A stretch of DNA of 64,000 nt from Parasitella parasitica NRRL 2501 (GCA_025201805.1 MU619245.1:316697-380696); one strand, 5' to 3'; counted from the first letter of the stretch, positions 24,946-39,539 are shown. The notes: a model not told the origin generated them from the sequence alone. Numbers and translations are program-made.

Positions 24946-25493
24946 ACAAAGGGTCACTGTTCTCGTTATTATAAATATCTTTTGTATAAAAAGTATCATC
25001 CAGCATAAAAGTTTAAATGTTCCACTGAAAAGCTGTTCATTTAAAGAGATTTACAGCTCGTTTAATCACGTGATGAACTGTTAAAAAGGCACACTTTAAG
25101 ACGTGAATTATAGTGAAGGAGGGTAAAATCAATGCAATAATACACTTACTTTAGGTGATTACCTAGAAGCATAAATGTGAACTCATCAGGGACATGCAAA
25201 GCAGTGTCTCACGATCCTCTATATGGATGATTTTACGAATTTTTCAGGTTTTTTATTATTATTATTATCATCTGTCAAGTTTTAGCATTTTACTTCGAGA
25301 AAGTTACATTCAGGCGTTGAATAAAGAAAACACTTGTAATTTCTGCCTTACATGTTTTTGAAGTTTGTCCCACGTTACGCTATGAAAACAACATATTCTT
25401 ATCAAATCAAATTTAATTGCATGCCAATATGATGTATTTCCAAAAGCTAAATGTATAACTTGTTTTTGTTAAATCTCATAATAATGGCTTAAT

Positions 25494-27209
25494 TTATAAA
25501 GTTTCCATTGGAGTATCTTTCAGACCCTACAGCAGCGATAAAAATTAGTATGACAACTCTCAACAATTAATTACTTCGTTCGACATACATAATTCACATA
25601 ATCAGGAGTTTCACAAGCTTCGTATTCCTCAATAAGCTCTTGAACGACCCGACGAGAATCATCAAACTCTTCTAAATCATCGGCAAACGCAGCATGCTTC
25701 CTATACTGCTCCAGGAATGCGTTTCTCTTCCTTAGTTTGTCATATTGATCACAAGTGCGTCTAAACAATGAAGCGATGCTTGTATGATTTGCCAACATCA
25801 ATCCACTCACACGGTGAGGTGTCTGGACATAGGGCGACTTTTTGGAAAGTGCGACTTGAATGCTAGCTGGTCCCCAAGGTATAAATGATGCTAATCTTCT
25901 CTCGCGAATACGCAACAAGGATTTATGTACATCAGTTGGATCTGCTTCTCCTTGAATAATGTCTAATACCGAAATGTAACAACTACGCTTTGAAGGCATC
26001 GTGCTGACCATTCGGTTTTTGGGCTGTAATAATCGTCTCATCACATCTAATACAGTTGTTTTGCGAATCGATTTAGCCTATGTGAAAAGATGAATAAACC
26101 CATGTGCCTTGCTATATCAATGAATAGTACGTGCCTTTTCGACCTGCTCACTTGAGAATGGTGTATAAGCAGTTGTCAAGAAATGGCATCTTGGTGTAGG
26201 GATTAAGGAAGCAACGATACTGACAAGATCGTTATTCATATAGCCTGGGTATCTCAGTGTTGATGTACTAGCTGACATGACCGTAGACACCAACTGATTT
26301 GTTTGTTCGAATGTAGGTTGCTGGATATGCAAACGGTCTATAGCAATGCGTGATAATGCTGCATTATCAAGAACAACAACACTATCGGCATTGTTTGTGA
26401 GTCTTTTTAAGGCGAGCATGCTGTTGTAAGGTTGAACCACTGTGTCAGATACTTCAATCGAGTCAGGGAAAACTGAATATGTTTGAATCAGCTTCTTTGG
26501 ATAGCGATCATTGAGCCTCTCTAATAAGAAGGAACCTAAACCAGACCCAGTGCCACCAGCAATGGAATGTAGTAGCATGAAGCCCTGTTCCATGCTTAGT
26601 CTTTATTTATTAGAATGTTCCGTGCTCCAGCTTACCTCTAAAGAATCACTATTATCAGCCTCTCTATCTACCATATCCATAATATCTTCAGACATCTTTT
26701 CAGCTTGTGTGTATCCATTAGGCCAAATGTTTCCTGCTCCCCCTCCATCCTTTGATGTGAATATGTTCTCTGGGTTATACAAGTTAGCAAATGCAGATGC
26801 TTTGATGTTATCAATAACCTATGTTAAGGATGTTTGATGAGACTACTGCTAGCGAATAGAATGCAATATGTGGCACATACTCTTGGTTCAAGATCTAGAA
26901 GTAATGCACGAGGGATATAATGCTCATCATCTGCCTAATTCGATCAATCATTAGTTAGTTTACATTAAACGGAGGACGTCATAATAGATACCTGATAAAA
27001 AAATACATCTTTTCTGTCGCCACCTTCTGTAGCAAATTCTTCTAAAGTACCATCATTGCTGATGCCATGCTCTGAACAAATCTGTCTCCAAAACTCACTT
27101 CCGACTATCAAGCGCAGGATCAGTAAAATGACATGGTTCTGTAATCAGGGTATCTCTTACTCTGATTTCCACATTGTCCAGCTTGCAAGGTAATTATTTC
27201 GCGTGGCAT
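25494..27209 (-). CDS. TUB4: gamma-tubulin
   Basis: [16 protein letters not shown] start, DRKDVFFYQ|[58 protein letters not shown]. Confidence 0.97.
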
Positions 27210-27441
27210 ATTCAAATAAACGATAACGGGTTTAAAAAGCAGAAATGTTTAATTTTTTTAATAGGAAACCTTGATGTTGTATGTGACGCGCCAGACTATG
27301 TGGTATACTGACACAATGACACAATGACGGTACAGCATTCGGTCATAAGAGCTTCTTTTATTATTTAGTTTTGATATATTACAGAAGGATGAATGCCTTA
27401 ATTCCTTAAAGCATATTAGAAATCTAGAAAAATTTACAGTC

Positions 27442-28490
27442 TTAATTATTGCTCTTTTCAGTCAAATTGTTTTGATAATCATGTAAACGAAGCAAGTTGC
27501 GTTCTAACATAGCAACGGTAACCTTGCCAACAGAAGGAACAAAGATAGAAGCCTTGGTCTTGATATCATCCTCGAAATTAGCGCATGACGAAAAGTTAAT
27601 GGCAATAACACCATCTTTCAATAAAGAAGTAGGCATCTTGTATTTAGGTGTAGGGACACCAGTGATTACAACATCACATAAAGGTATAACTTTTTCAAAT
27701 GGTACATCGATATCTTCCACTTTATGGTGAGCTAATTTGATGCCGGTACCACGAGTAAAGACTTGGATGCCATTGACGTCAACAGAATACACCGTGGCAC
27801 CATCATTAGCAAGCATAGCGGCTAAAGGACGACCAACAATCTCACTGCGATTGATGACAGCAATGGAACGGCCATATAAACGATCACCATAGGTTATGAC
27901 GGGATTATAAACACCGATAAACTCAAGGATCTACAATTTGACAAAGGTCAACTGCAAGATCAATCACATACACAACCAAAAACCAACCTTAACACATGCC
28001 AGGGGAGTACAAGGGATGATGCACTTCATAGTTTCAGTATCATCCATGAAACGAATATTATGATAGACATTGTGCACAAACTTGTGGCAGAGACCTTCGA
28101 CATCCTTGAGTTCACTAACGCAGCTTTGGAGATACAAATCTTGCTTTCCACCGAAAACGGGATAGTAGACCATGATACCATTAACAGACTTGTCTTCGTT
28201 AGCTTCGGTAATCTTTCCTTCCAGCTCCAGCTTGGCAATCTTACGCAGTTCAAAATCAACGCCAGTTTCAGCACATGTCTTTGCAGTCCAGTCAGCATAT
28301 TTTATAGCAGCAGGATCATCATTAGCGAGGAAGCCAACCAATTTAGGTCTAATGTTGCGTTCCTTGATGTCTTCCTTGATTTGCGTTCTGCCATTGGAAA
28401 ATCAGCCGTGATATTCGGGTGTGCTCTACTCCAATAAACTTACCTAAAAGAAGCAGAAACCTTTGAAGCGAGGATAGTCTTACAAGGCAT
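27442..28490 (-). CDS. MTD1: NAD-dependent methylenetetrahydrofolate dehydrogenase
   Basis: PKLVGFLANDDPAAIKYADWT, GIMVYYPVFG, KDVEGLCH, IIPCTPLACVK, NRSEIVGRPLAAMLANDGATVYSVD and VGKVTVAML match yeast Mtd1-type enzymes. Confidence 0.93.
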
Positions 28491-28686
28491 GTTGGAGATA
28501 TTGTTTGGAAGAAAGGTATGTCTACAGTAAAAAAATTCGGAGATGCTCTTAAATCTGGGGATTTTTAGCCATGAAAAGCAGTCTAATTATGCCCATCAAA
28601 GATATGAGTCTTTTCCTTTATTGACATGAACATGAGCAAGGAGCCCAAGATCTCCGCTAGCAAAACAAATACTGATATAATAATCT

Positions 28687-30433
28687 TTACTCGTCTGCAT
28701 CGAGATGAACAACAGGAATAATGTCTTGCCGTGAGGCGTTGACTAGATTAACCAGCTCTAGTCTTTGATTCAATCGTTTCTGACGTCGTTCAAATCCTCT
28801 TTCATACAATTCTAAACCAGACTCAGTCTGTGGGATTACTTTGGGTATGATAACAGGAGTGTTTTCGCTGTCAACTGCTGTAATTGTAAAGAACCCATCA
28901 TTTGTGAATTTAGTTTCTCCTGTCAACAGATTTTCTATTGTAACTGAAATATGAATCAACTGCCGGCAGTGAAATCTACATTTGAAATACCTGCTTCCAC
29001 ACTGACGTAGACTTCCATTGACGAATTGAAAGACCTCGAGACTAAAGATCGAATAGTAACGACATCGCCTACACCAGAACTTGCTATGAAATTTAGACTA
29101 TCGATGCTATATATAAAGGTATAAGTTGGGATGCGTACACGCAGTGTTTTGAAGAGTGAGTCAAATGATTTTTTTTTTTTTTACTGATGATGGTATGACT
29201 CACTCATACTCCGCTACATACTTACCTGGCTGTTAACAAATAAGCTTTGGCCAATCTATTAGCACTTGCTATAGCACAAGTTTCCATCCAAGCCATAATT
29301 TGACCACCAAAGGTAATTTTTAAGGTATTGGCGTGCTGAGGCATTACCAGTTCTACGACTTCTGCAAAAGTGTAATCCATAGGTCGCTCCTTGATCCGCT
29401 GCAACATTTTGGGGTCTTGTGAGAATCTTCTGCCTCTTTTTCTGGCCTTCAGCAGCATATCTTGCTCTTCTAGCTCTGACGCTTCCACGGAAACTGGCGA
29501 TGTCTGCCCGGAAGAGGGAAAGTACCCTGGATGTCGCTTTATTGGGGCATCTGCATCCGCTTTTTCTCGTAATCCTTGCGACCATTCTCGCATCAAATCT
29601 CGGATTCTGCTGTGATTAGGTTTTTTTTGGCTGAATCTGGCTTGCCTGCGTGTTTCTGCCATCTCGAATCGCTTGATCTCCATAGGTAATAGGGGGATTA
29701 ATTCAGGCACTGCGATAGTTTGAAAATCAGAGAAAATCCGGCCCAAATGAGTCTTTGCTTCAGGGCGCGGAGACAGTGCTACAAACGTCAGATAGGCATG
29801 GGCTACAAAAAAACGCTCGTGTGAAAGAGGTGATTCAGCTTCCACTTTGACACCCACTTCCATTGAAGTTTTCCAAGATTTGTTGACAGATGCTTGAATT
29901 GTAACCTGTTATCTGGATGTAAATACATGGGATTGCGATTGAGATAGCTCATGAATACATACAATGTCCCCAACTTTGACTGGATGCAAGAATGCCACAT
30001 CATCGACAGATCTAGTTACCTAATGAGCATCTGGTCAATATTCTGTTAGCTATTGACTCTCTCTTTTTTTTTTACCGAGGGCGAAACAGCATGCTTTTTT
30101 GCTGATATTCCTGCAGCAATATCGATCCAGCTCAAAATTGTGCCAGCATATGCGAAACCCTACATGAAAAAGCTATTGGGTAAATCCAGCTTTCCCTTGT
30201 TTCACATCCAAGTACCATCTTACCATCATATTGCATTGTGCTGGAGAGATGATTTCAGTCATAGTAACACGGCTTACGTGCGCTGGCTTCTTATCTACAC
30301 GGACATTACCTGCCTCAGTGTAAGGATCAGGAAGCAATCGCTGAAATACTGGCTGCGTAACAAACATGACGCTTCTTATCCACATGGAGCGGATTGACTC
30401 GTATGCAGAGTCATATAATGAAGATGTAGGCAT
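28687..30433 (-). CDS. tandem HotDog-fold acyl-CoA thioesterase (YciA/ACOT-like)
   Basis: VTMTEIISP..., AGTILSWIDIAAGISA, VTRSVDDVAFLHPV, SMEVGVKVEAE, then a second domain ELVMPQHANTLKITFGGQIMAWME...SMEVYVSVE. Confidence 0.88.
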
Positions 30434-30598
30434 ACCAATGAAAAGTTGTAAAGTATAAAAAAAAAATGGAAAACACGAAGCCTTTTATGCACGCCATTTG
30501 AAATTTCATGGCGCTAATAACTCCTATTTACTTGACATGTGCATCAAAAGGTAAACTATATGCTGACCCATTGCGATTTTGTTAAATAAAACGGCACA

Positions 30599-31665
30599 TT
30601 ATCCTGCTGTTCGTTGAAATACGTGAAATAAAGAAACACAAATTGTGCGCAAACTCGACCGAGAATACCGATCAAGATGATCAGCAATGTCTGGAAATAG
30701 GGTATGCTTAGATAAACTGTGGTAGAAGATATCCAAAATTAGCCAAATTTACACAAACATAATCGATGTCCTATACCTGATAATGCCTCTGTATTTGAAG
30801 CCAAAACAATTATGCTAACAAGCCAAGAGTACTCCAACTGCTTGTAATCCCAAATTACCATCAAAATCAAGAGCATCTTTCCAAAACTTGAAATAATGAG
30901 CGCCATGGAAACATAATTGTGTCTAGAACATGCATCAATTAAATTCATTCTTTTCAAAATAAACATGATATTATCTTACCTAATCCTCTTGATTTGATTC
31001 CTATGGTATAATCGAATCGCAAAATTGATACAGCAATGAAAAACAATAAACTCTGTAGATCAAATTAGTATTTTAAATGTATTTTAATCTGCAAATCATG
31101 GTACCAAATATACAAAGCGTCAAAATATACAGGTATTGGTAGTAAAGCGGTTGCTCTATGAATTTTGCATCGTAATCCGTGTAATGTCGCTCGAGTCTGA
31201 ACCATTTAATATCTGATACTTGTTTAGTCAGTGGTTTATAACGATGGTTCAGTATATACACATACAGACTTCAAATAGAATGAGAAGTATGCCGAATCGA
31301 AATACATGAGGCTACATACTTTGTTGGTTATTTGTAGGCAATAATGACTGTTTTGAAGAACAAGAGTCTTACCTCAACGCCATCTTGCTCGGTGATCCGA
31401 TTAAACAGCAAATGTCGATATACTTGGGGTTTGTGTAGAAGCATGTCGATGAATATAATGATAAGATCGTGTTCTATGTATTTATCAGCAAAGTTGTTAC
31501 ATTGATCCTATATTTTTACGATATTAATGAATACGCAGATACACAAATGTTTTTTTTAACCATAGCAAGTCTTCTCCTTACGCATGTTGTAAGACGTATG
31601 TTATCTTTGCTGTATTGAGTATATAAGTTGACAACGGATGCACCGCATTCAACACAGGTACTCAT
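30599..31665 (-). CDS. ARV1: ARV1 sterol/GPI lipid homeostasis membrane protein
   Basis: MSTCVECG...LYTQYSKDNIRLTTC|DQCNNFADKYIEHD...IDMLLHKPQVYRHLLFN (Arv1 homology domain); ALIISSFGKMLLILMVIWDY. Confidence 0.92.
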
Positions 31666-32910
31666 CACCAGTCAATTATAATGTAAAAATGCGTAAAAAA
31701 AAAGCACTATTAGTCCTTCTTGGTACAACTTGGTTTAAAAATCATCGTTGCTCGAAAGATCGGCCAACTATCGACACCGGAAATTTCCATAAAAGGTATC
31801 TGCCTACAGACACTGTCTTCAATTTTTCAAAGAAAACAGGGCATGTCTCAAATCTAATGTAAAAAATGCAGCTTTTTGATATGGTATATCTTGGTCGAAT
31901 ACATTCCACTTAACTTTAATTCTGATATAAAACTACATTTTAGATATTTCTCGCGCTTTAATTGATTAGGGAGTTAGTAATTAACAAGTTTGCTTAAATA
32001 AACAGTTACTATACGGTCATATCTGCTTTAGAGATTAGTAAACATTCAGAGCGAGATAGAAAGTATAGCACATTCCTATCGGCATCTTGAAAGAGATTAA
32101 TATTAGGAACTGCCTCAATAAATAGAATGGATGAAAGTGTGATATTATAAGTTTTAATTTGTTAAATAAACACATGTTAATAAATAACCCTCGCGCTTAG
32201 ATGAAAGAGTTGTTAGATGTACATATTGTGGAAAAGAGGGTCGTGGAAGAAGAACTCACGATGATTGCCTTATGAATTCAAGAAATATGATCAACCCGCG
32301 TATGTTTTACGTTACCCTAAATGTAGTGTATTAATAAAAAATGTTACGAAATGCGGCCTTAGATCGATCAGGAACGGTCGCCATGACAGCTGAATTGAAA
32401 TATTACGGTAACCATGGTTATTCTATGAATACATGATTACGTCCATTTTTTTTTCTTTGTAGAGTAACCAGTGAGATTTAACCTTGATTTCCATCGGGAT
32501 GACAACCAAGTGGTAACTATGGAATTCTATGGATACAACAAATACAGTTGAAAACAGTGAAATTTTATTTATTTTGGAGACTGGAAGCCTTGCAGAACAA
32601 GATGGAGCCCACGTAAACGAAGGTCAAGTTTTACCATAGAGTAACGAAGGTGCAAAAATCACCAGAGTGGGCGGGGTGACCTGCTCGTACTGCTTGATTA
32701 TTTAATAGAGATATTGAATAAAATAGTATCAAGGATCCGAAACCCGTCCTCCTTTATCTAAAGAAAAGTATATAATACCCATTGTATCTCTCAGAAAAGG
32801 TTGTTAGGGCATGTAAAAGAATCGACTAGTTTTTCATTCCTTCGACTTTTACTAGAGCAAAATTTTGCTGAAGAACTTATTCGAAATACAACTTTTTGCT
32901 GCTAAGTCAT

Positions 32911-33244
32911 TGTATGCAAAGATCTCCATCTCCCACGTTTTATCCAAGATCATTCCCGCTATATCGTTGTCATCTCTACCACCTTGTGGCAAATGTGGAA
33001 CTTGTACTGGCTTCACGGCCGACAAAATCCGGCACCACTCTCCTCCGCCTCCATCATCCACTTTCTCACTCGGACAATTTGTCACATTGACAAACTGCTT
33101 CCTTCACATACATAGTCATATATTAGATAGTTTTTTCCGTTGTTCGAGGTCCACCACTCCGCGATGTGTCCCTCCATAAATAATATTTGAATAAAATAAA
33201 ATATTTAACTACAAAAAAAAAAAAAAAAAAAAATGTATGCAAAG
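32911..33244 (+). mobile_element. 5'-truncated non-LTR (L1-like LINE) retrotransposon, 32922-33233, with poly(A) tail and 11-bp TSD
   Basis: TGTATGCAAAG flanks both sides (32911-32921 and 33234-33244). Internal frame LHLPRFIQDHSRYIVVISTTLWQMWNLYWLHG...SHT* resembles a LINE ORF2 C-terminus, followed by AATAAA and a 21-nt A run. Confidence 0.75.
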
Positions 33245-34471
33245 TTGGCCATACCAAACACTAACTTTTCGATTGTCATGAATAAAATATTTTTAGAATC
33301 TATGAATGACATTCCAGAAAAATCAGACTTATATTTGTTGATTTATTGCAAACAATTGCATGTGTGCCAATGGCTCCACCGGCTCGTATCCACAAGCCGT
33401 CTGTGTATTTTTGTTTCAAGAGTCGTATAACGTCAATATTGAGTTGAATGCATAATTGTTTAAAATTCAACGTACATTTACTTTTTGCCAGGTATTCAAG
33501 ACATAAAAATGCATAAAATTGTCAAATAATAAAGATCAACGTGCATAGATTCAACGGGTTTTCAAATTTTAGTATTGCACTGTTTTAGTTTATTTAGTTT
33601 ATGCCTTATTTCATCATTCATCATCCACCATATTTCTACTACAATATCTTATATTTCCACTTGTTTTATAAAAATTAAAAGGCCCTTTAAAGCCTTAAGC
33701 AAGCATAGTATGTAGCAGGCGCAATGCAAGTGGTTGACCCTTAATCTTCTCTTCATCATACTAGTCAGCATGATGCTCATGCGAAGGGCACTAATATATT
33801 GATCATAACAGGCTATTTTGTGGTACGATCTAGAGCCAATATTACCTAATTATCGGGTGGGCACACGATATGTTTTCTAAATTTTGAGTATCAGACAGCA
33901 ACGTAATGTGTCTATATGCTATACACAATAGTAATCTATATAGCATTATTTGAAAATAGACGTCTCATCTACACTGCCTTCAAATCAACTTTCAAGATTA
34001 TAAAAAACAGACTGCTACTTTGATCATTGAATAGATGTTCTATTTCAAGAAACGGGACATTCTTCATCCGAAAATAGATGTAGTATATTTTGGTGCAACC
34101 CAAGATAGCAGATACAATCTATTTTTTTAGTGGAGCTCACGCATTTAAGGTTATTTAGGACCAATACAGTAAAAATAAATAATAAATGGGGTTTATTTTC
34201 GTTTTAAGACCATCCATTAAAGACGATAATATTAAAAGAAAGTATAGTTTCATATTACTATTGATGGGAGGTAATAATAAAACATTGTAGAGAAAGTATA
34301 AAGAAAGTGGATAAAAAATACAAAGTATAAACTTTTTTTTGGAAAGCATACAAAGGAGGACAAAAAATGACTAATATACAAATCATCAATTAAGTGAAAA
34401 GAGAGGGAGAGTATAAAGATAATGAAGAAAGTGAAAAGGGGAATCGTCTTTAAGAAATAAATATTTAAAAA

Positions 34472-36080
34472 TTAATTGGTAACTTCAACATGATCGTGAT
34501 CGAAATGCTTGTTCTTTTCAATAGAATCGCTGTTTTGGCTTGAAGTGCCATCGGTAGCAACGTTCTCGGCGTCAGAAACCTTCTCTTTGTGGTCATCAAG
34601 ATCTCTGCCAGTAGTTTCGGGCATGCAGAACACCATGAACAGGAAACCCAAGAAATTGATAACAACAAAGACAATGAAACTGTAAGTACCAAGACCTTCG
34701 CTCATCTTGGGCCAGATTGTATTGATGACAAAGTTGAAGAGCCAGTTAGAAGAGTTACCAAGAGCAGATCCAGAAGCAAGTGCATGCATAGGCAAAAGTT
34801 CAGGAGCAATCATCCAAGGAATGACACCACAACCCATACTGTAAGAGCCAGTAAAGACAATGGCAGCAGCAATAGCTAGGCCACCAATACCTTGTTGACC
34901 ATTGGGGCTTTTCAAAGATGAGCCGAGAACCATCAAAATGGAAGCGATACATGTACCACCGGTAGAGATCATCATGAAGCCCTTACGGCCAACCTTATGC
35001 ATGAAAACGACGGCAATAAGAGTAGCTGCAATATTTACGGAGGCATCAGCAAGAGAGATGTTAGTGGCTAAAGTAGCATCGTTGAAAATAGTAGTAAAGA
35101 AACCAACAGAATAGACAGACATGGGACCGATACCACCGATTTGGTTGAAAGCTTGGACAACCATGACAATGACAGTGTTCCAGGTAATGCTCTTGTCCTT
35201 GCAAGAAACAATATCCCAAATGGAGAATTGTTTTTGAGCAGATTCAATTTCACGTTGACGAGCGGCAAGCATAAGAGCAAACTCTTCTTCGACATCAGCG
35301 CCAGCACGGAGTTTTTGAAGAGTAGCGCAAGCTTCGTCGTATTTTTTAGCAGCGCAAAGACGGCGAGGACATTCGACAGTGAAGAAGTACATACAAACGA
35401 GTTGAATAGCGGCGATAAAAGTGGGGATAGCCCACAAAAAACGCCAAGCGGGAGCAAAAGCCATGTAACGACCACAAACCTGAGTAAGCAGGATGCCGAG
35501 ATTCAAGAACAGTTCAAAGAGTGAACCAAGAGCACCACGGGATTTCTTGGTAGAAATTTCTGAGACATAAATCGCAACTGAAGAACCACACATGCCAGAA
35601 GCAAAGCCGACCAAAGCACGACCGAAGGAATACATTGTCAAGTTGATAGCGCAGGCAGACAAAAGACCACCGAGCATCATCCAGCCACAAGAAATCATAA
35701 TATTTTCACGACGACCAAACCAAACATTCATGTATTTACTGGCAACACTACCAAAGAAACCACCAATGGCGAATGCACCGATAGTATAACCCCAAGTAGG
35801 GAAATCCATTGGCATACAGCCTGGAAGGACGCCGTCTTCGGTACCTGGAAGACAGCTGTAGGATCCGTCATCATTGATAACACCCATGATTACTTTTTCA
35901 GGCATGTTGGGCACACCTAATCATTGCATGTGCGTGTTAATTATTTTGACAGCTTATGAATATATATATAAACATACTGATATGCCATCCGACATTGAAT
36001 CCAGACAGAGCGGCGAGAATAGCGCAAGTTGTCATGTAAAATGGGAATCCCATGTCTTGAGATTTTACTTGATTCGACAT
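34472..36080 (-). CDS. MFS sugar porter (GLUT-like hexose transporter family)
   Basis: GFNVGWHI|SVPN, FGRR, YVSEISTKKSRGALGS, WRFL, ECPRRL, QAFNQIGG, VGRK, IPWMIAPEL, PETTG; one 5' intron. Confidence 0.92.
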
Positions 36081-39000
36081 TATTGAAGCGGTTGATTTGT
36101 TGTGTAGAGAAGGCGGTTTCTTTTTTTTTTAGTAGAATACAAGATTACTGCTGGCGAAAAAAAAGATAATAAAAAAAATTAGTAATTTGGTAGTTGATAA
36201 GAAGGATAAGAAGGGAATGAAATTGAGAAAAAGATCTGTCATTTATATAATCTTTTCAAATGAATGGTTACACTTGCCTTGTATAGTAAGAGTCGATATA
36301 CCCCACACATGCAATTTGATTCGTTACTAGGTAGCACTTGTAAACCGTTTATAGTTGATTTGAGATTCAACCTTATACCAAATACGACTTCACACTCAAT
36401 GTGCTCCAACCATGTTGACGACATCTAGTGCACTGAAACTACGTAACCTTGCCAGCTCAGGGCCGGCGAGCGGCCTTAACGGGCCAAATATGCCCTTCTT
36501 CACGGGTACCCCCAAATTTTTCATCAAGCCTTGTTTTGGGCATACAAAGCTCGAAAGTTTTAGCCTCGTGTGAATTATACCGGTACTACTTCTTCCTAAT
36601 TTTTTTATCGACACCTCTTAACAAGATTCCCATGAAATTCGTTTCACAGAAAAAATGATTACATTATAATATGTTGAGACATGATTAAATAATTGACATT
36701 TTGCTGATGGAGCGTACTGTGTGTATCAATTACTTCTGCGAAATTAATGGTTTTACATGGCCCCCACATTCTACGCTACTAATTGATTTAAAACCCAATT
36801 GAGCATCAATATCATGAACCAGATATTCTATCTGTTCTGTTTTTTCTCATCGATATATCGCAAATGGTCGCATTATTAATGTTGTATTTATTTTTTATTA
36901 TTATTATTCCTTTTGAAAGAGCACCACGCATTTTTACATACCATTGCGCTAGCCATTGCAAATGAAATAACATAAACTACTGACTGTAGGTTTCTCATTT
37001 AGTTTATGATCTAACTAATTCAGACAATATGACAATGGTTTCCGCAGGCATGGAAAAAAACCTGCTTGCTTGAAAGAATAACAAAACCGACATAAATGGC
37101 TTGAGAAATATACATCTACAACCGGATATGTGTCAAAAAGTTCGATACTAAAAGAGGAAACATCAAGATACAATGGGTTGCCATGTTGATCTGCTACGAA
37201 GACCAAATATAGAATTATACTAGATGCAATTCCCTCGTACATTCACCCACAAAGCTTTATTTTGGAATTCACAGAGTATGATGATTATACGACATGTTTC
37301 CACCAACGACAAGTGAGTTCACATGCCCTTGTATCACTATAAATAAGGATTTAATAAACTTCTCATACCCACACTCAATAATATCATAGCTTCTAATTAA
37401 CAATTGTACACGGTATTTGTGAAAATAACTACTATAAGGAAGATCATTCTCTACGGTAGCAAAGTATGGAACACATACACAACATGTGGCATGAAATATA
37501 CTAACACTATAGCTATGTTTCTTGGAAGGTACAGAAAACGCCCACTTGAGGGTTTACAAATATACACATCTCGACGAAATTTTATGTAAAACAAGTTTAA
37601 AAACTGTGTAGAATACTGCACTTTAGTGTATATTATAAATGTATTCATGAGTGTGTACAACATTATTTGCCATTGGATTGATACTTTTGTGAGTCATCCA
37701 ATATCTCAAGCACGATGCCTCCATGGTGAAAAGAATCAATGTCTACATGGGCCATGGCTTAAACAATTACTTATACATGTGTATGTGTACCTGAGAAATA
37801 TGGAGGAATAGATAAGATAATACAAGCCATCTATTATTCACATACTATTTCTAGAAAGCCACGGCTTTCATGTCTTATATGGATTTATTACATTTAAAAG
37901 AATGTGGAAACAGCAAAATATATTATCCATCTCCAAGGTAATACACGCAATCGAAAAATGGACACGAATCAACCATAAATGGACAAGAATCCTATTCATA
38001 AAGAGTATTGATCTTTGCTTATTGAAAACACATAAACGGCCAATAGAAAATAAGAGCATGACAATAAATTGGGATTACGTAAAACAAATCAATCAATTGT
38101 GTAGACAATTCAACACATGAATACACCGAATTTCTGGCTGATCCATCAAGTATTGTATATAAAAACGCGAAGAATGTTTCGAAACAAAGGAATTCCCATA
38201 ATTCAAATGACAAATGGATAGGGCTTCTAAGTGCTCTTTCTGTCTATTAGTTCTCAACGAAACAAACTGGTCTCCTTTGATTTATATCCTTGTCAAGTGA
38301 TGAGGAAGAAAATCTCCCATATAATGCTCTGTCTGTGGAAACTAACTTATATGCTATAAATGCAACTTAATCTGACAGTAATAGTGATATGTCCAGCTGA
38401 TTAGGCTCTATAATTTACTCACTAGCCAAGTGATTCTAGTAATTATACGACACATGCGTGTATATTTTATTTTTCTTCCCCATGAAACGATCGTGAGCTT
38501 TTATACTATCTATATACTCCTTGCTTGTATATTATGTCAACACCGTTTTCTGTTAACAGTGAAAATGTTTATATGCGCCCATAAAAACATCTGCAAGATT
38601 GTATAACCATCAACACAGCCACGCATCATCTGTAATAAAATAAGGTATTTCATTGAAAATTGAAAAGGTGTCGATTAAATTGGACTTACTAATTACTAAA
38701 AGGCCCTTTTGACTGTAGTGATCATCAAGCCAGTTACCAATCAAGAATTCTATTAATTCTCTAATCATGCAAATACATTAATGCTGCAAATGAGTGAACA
38801 TCAGTGAGTTTATCTAACCTTCTTTATATTTTATATATTTCTATGTAATAAATTTATACTCTTGACTCTCAATATCTAATCCTCAGACGTAAGATTAAAT
38901 CCCACGGTTTTTATTTGATATCTGGTCGTAACTTCTATAAAGTTATTAGCAGAGTTCACAAATTTTCATATAAAAACTGCATATAAACGCTGATAGGCTT

Positions 39001-39539
39001 CGATAAAGTGCAAAGTACGGATTAATTTACGTTTGACTGATACAGGAATGATCGTCCAAAGAAAACAGGTCTTTTTTGGTTTTATATTTTTTAGTGTGAG
39101 GCAACTTAGTGTCTAGAACCTTTTGCAGCTTTTAATGGTTGATAATATAGTGGCAAATTTTGCATTTGATTAATGTAAAGAAGGAAATAAATTGTGTGGA
39201 GGATATATGTTGTATTAAACTGTTACCATTATACTTGAGATCGAAACAGCGAATCATAGATAAAAAGCTGGATTAAATGCATCATTGCTGCCGTCGTATT
39301 TACAAATTGGGAGGTAGTTTTTTATTAGTGTATTCTTCTTATTTATACAGAATGATAGAGATGTGTTAGCTATCAAAATATTATGAAAGTGACATGAAAT
39401 ATGAGGAGGGAAGGAGGCAGGGATGGGGATATCATTCAAGCAGCAAGATTATTCGTTTTATGTGTACGTTTACTACCTGGTAAAACAGAAGGGATTGTCA
39501 CAAACAATAGCAATCAACCATACAACACAAGCTTAGAAA

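Noticed and set aside
25065-25072. TCACGTGA (Cbf1/CDEI-like site)
   Set aside because: A single palindrome lying 3' of both neighbouring genes, with no supporting context.
36458-36500. CAGGGCCGGC hAT/MITE-like terminal repeat
   Set aside because: No matching inverted end or 8-bp TSD found.
36900-38450. decayed coding-like sequence in a gene-free region
   Set aside because: Short stop-interrupted frames without any recognisable motif; cannot be assigned without a search.
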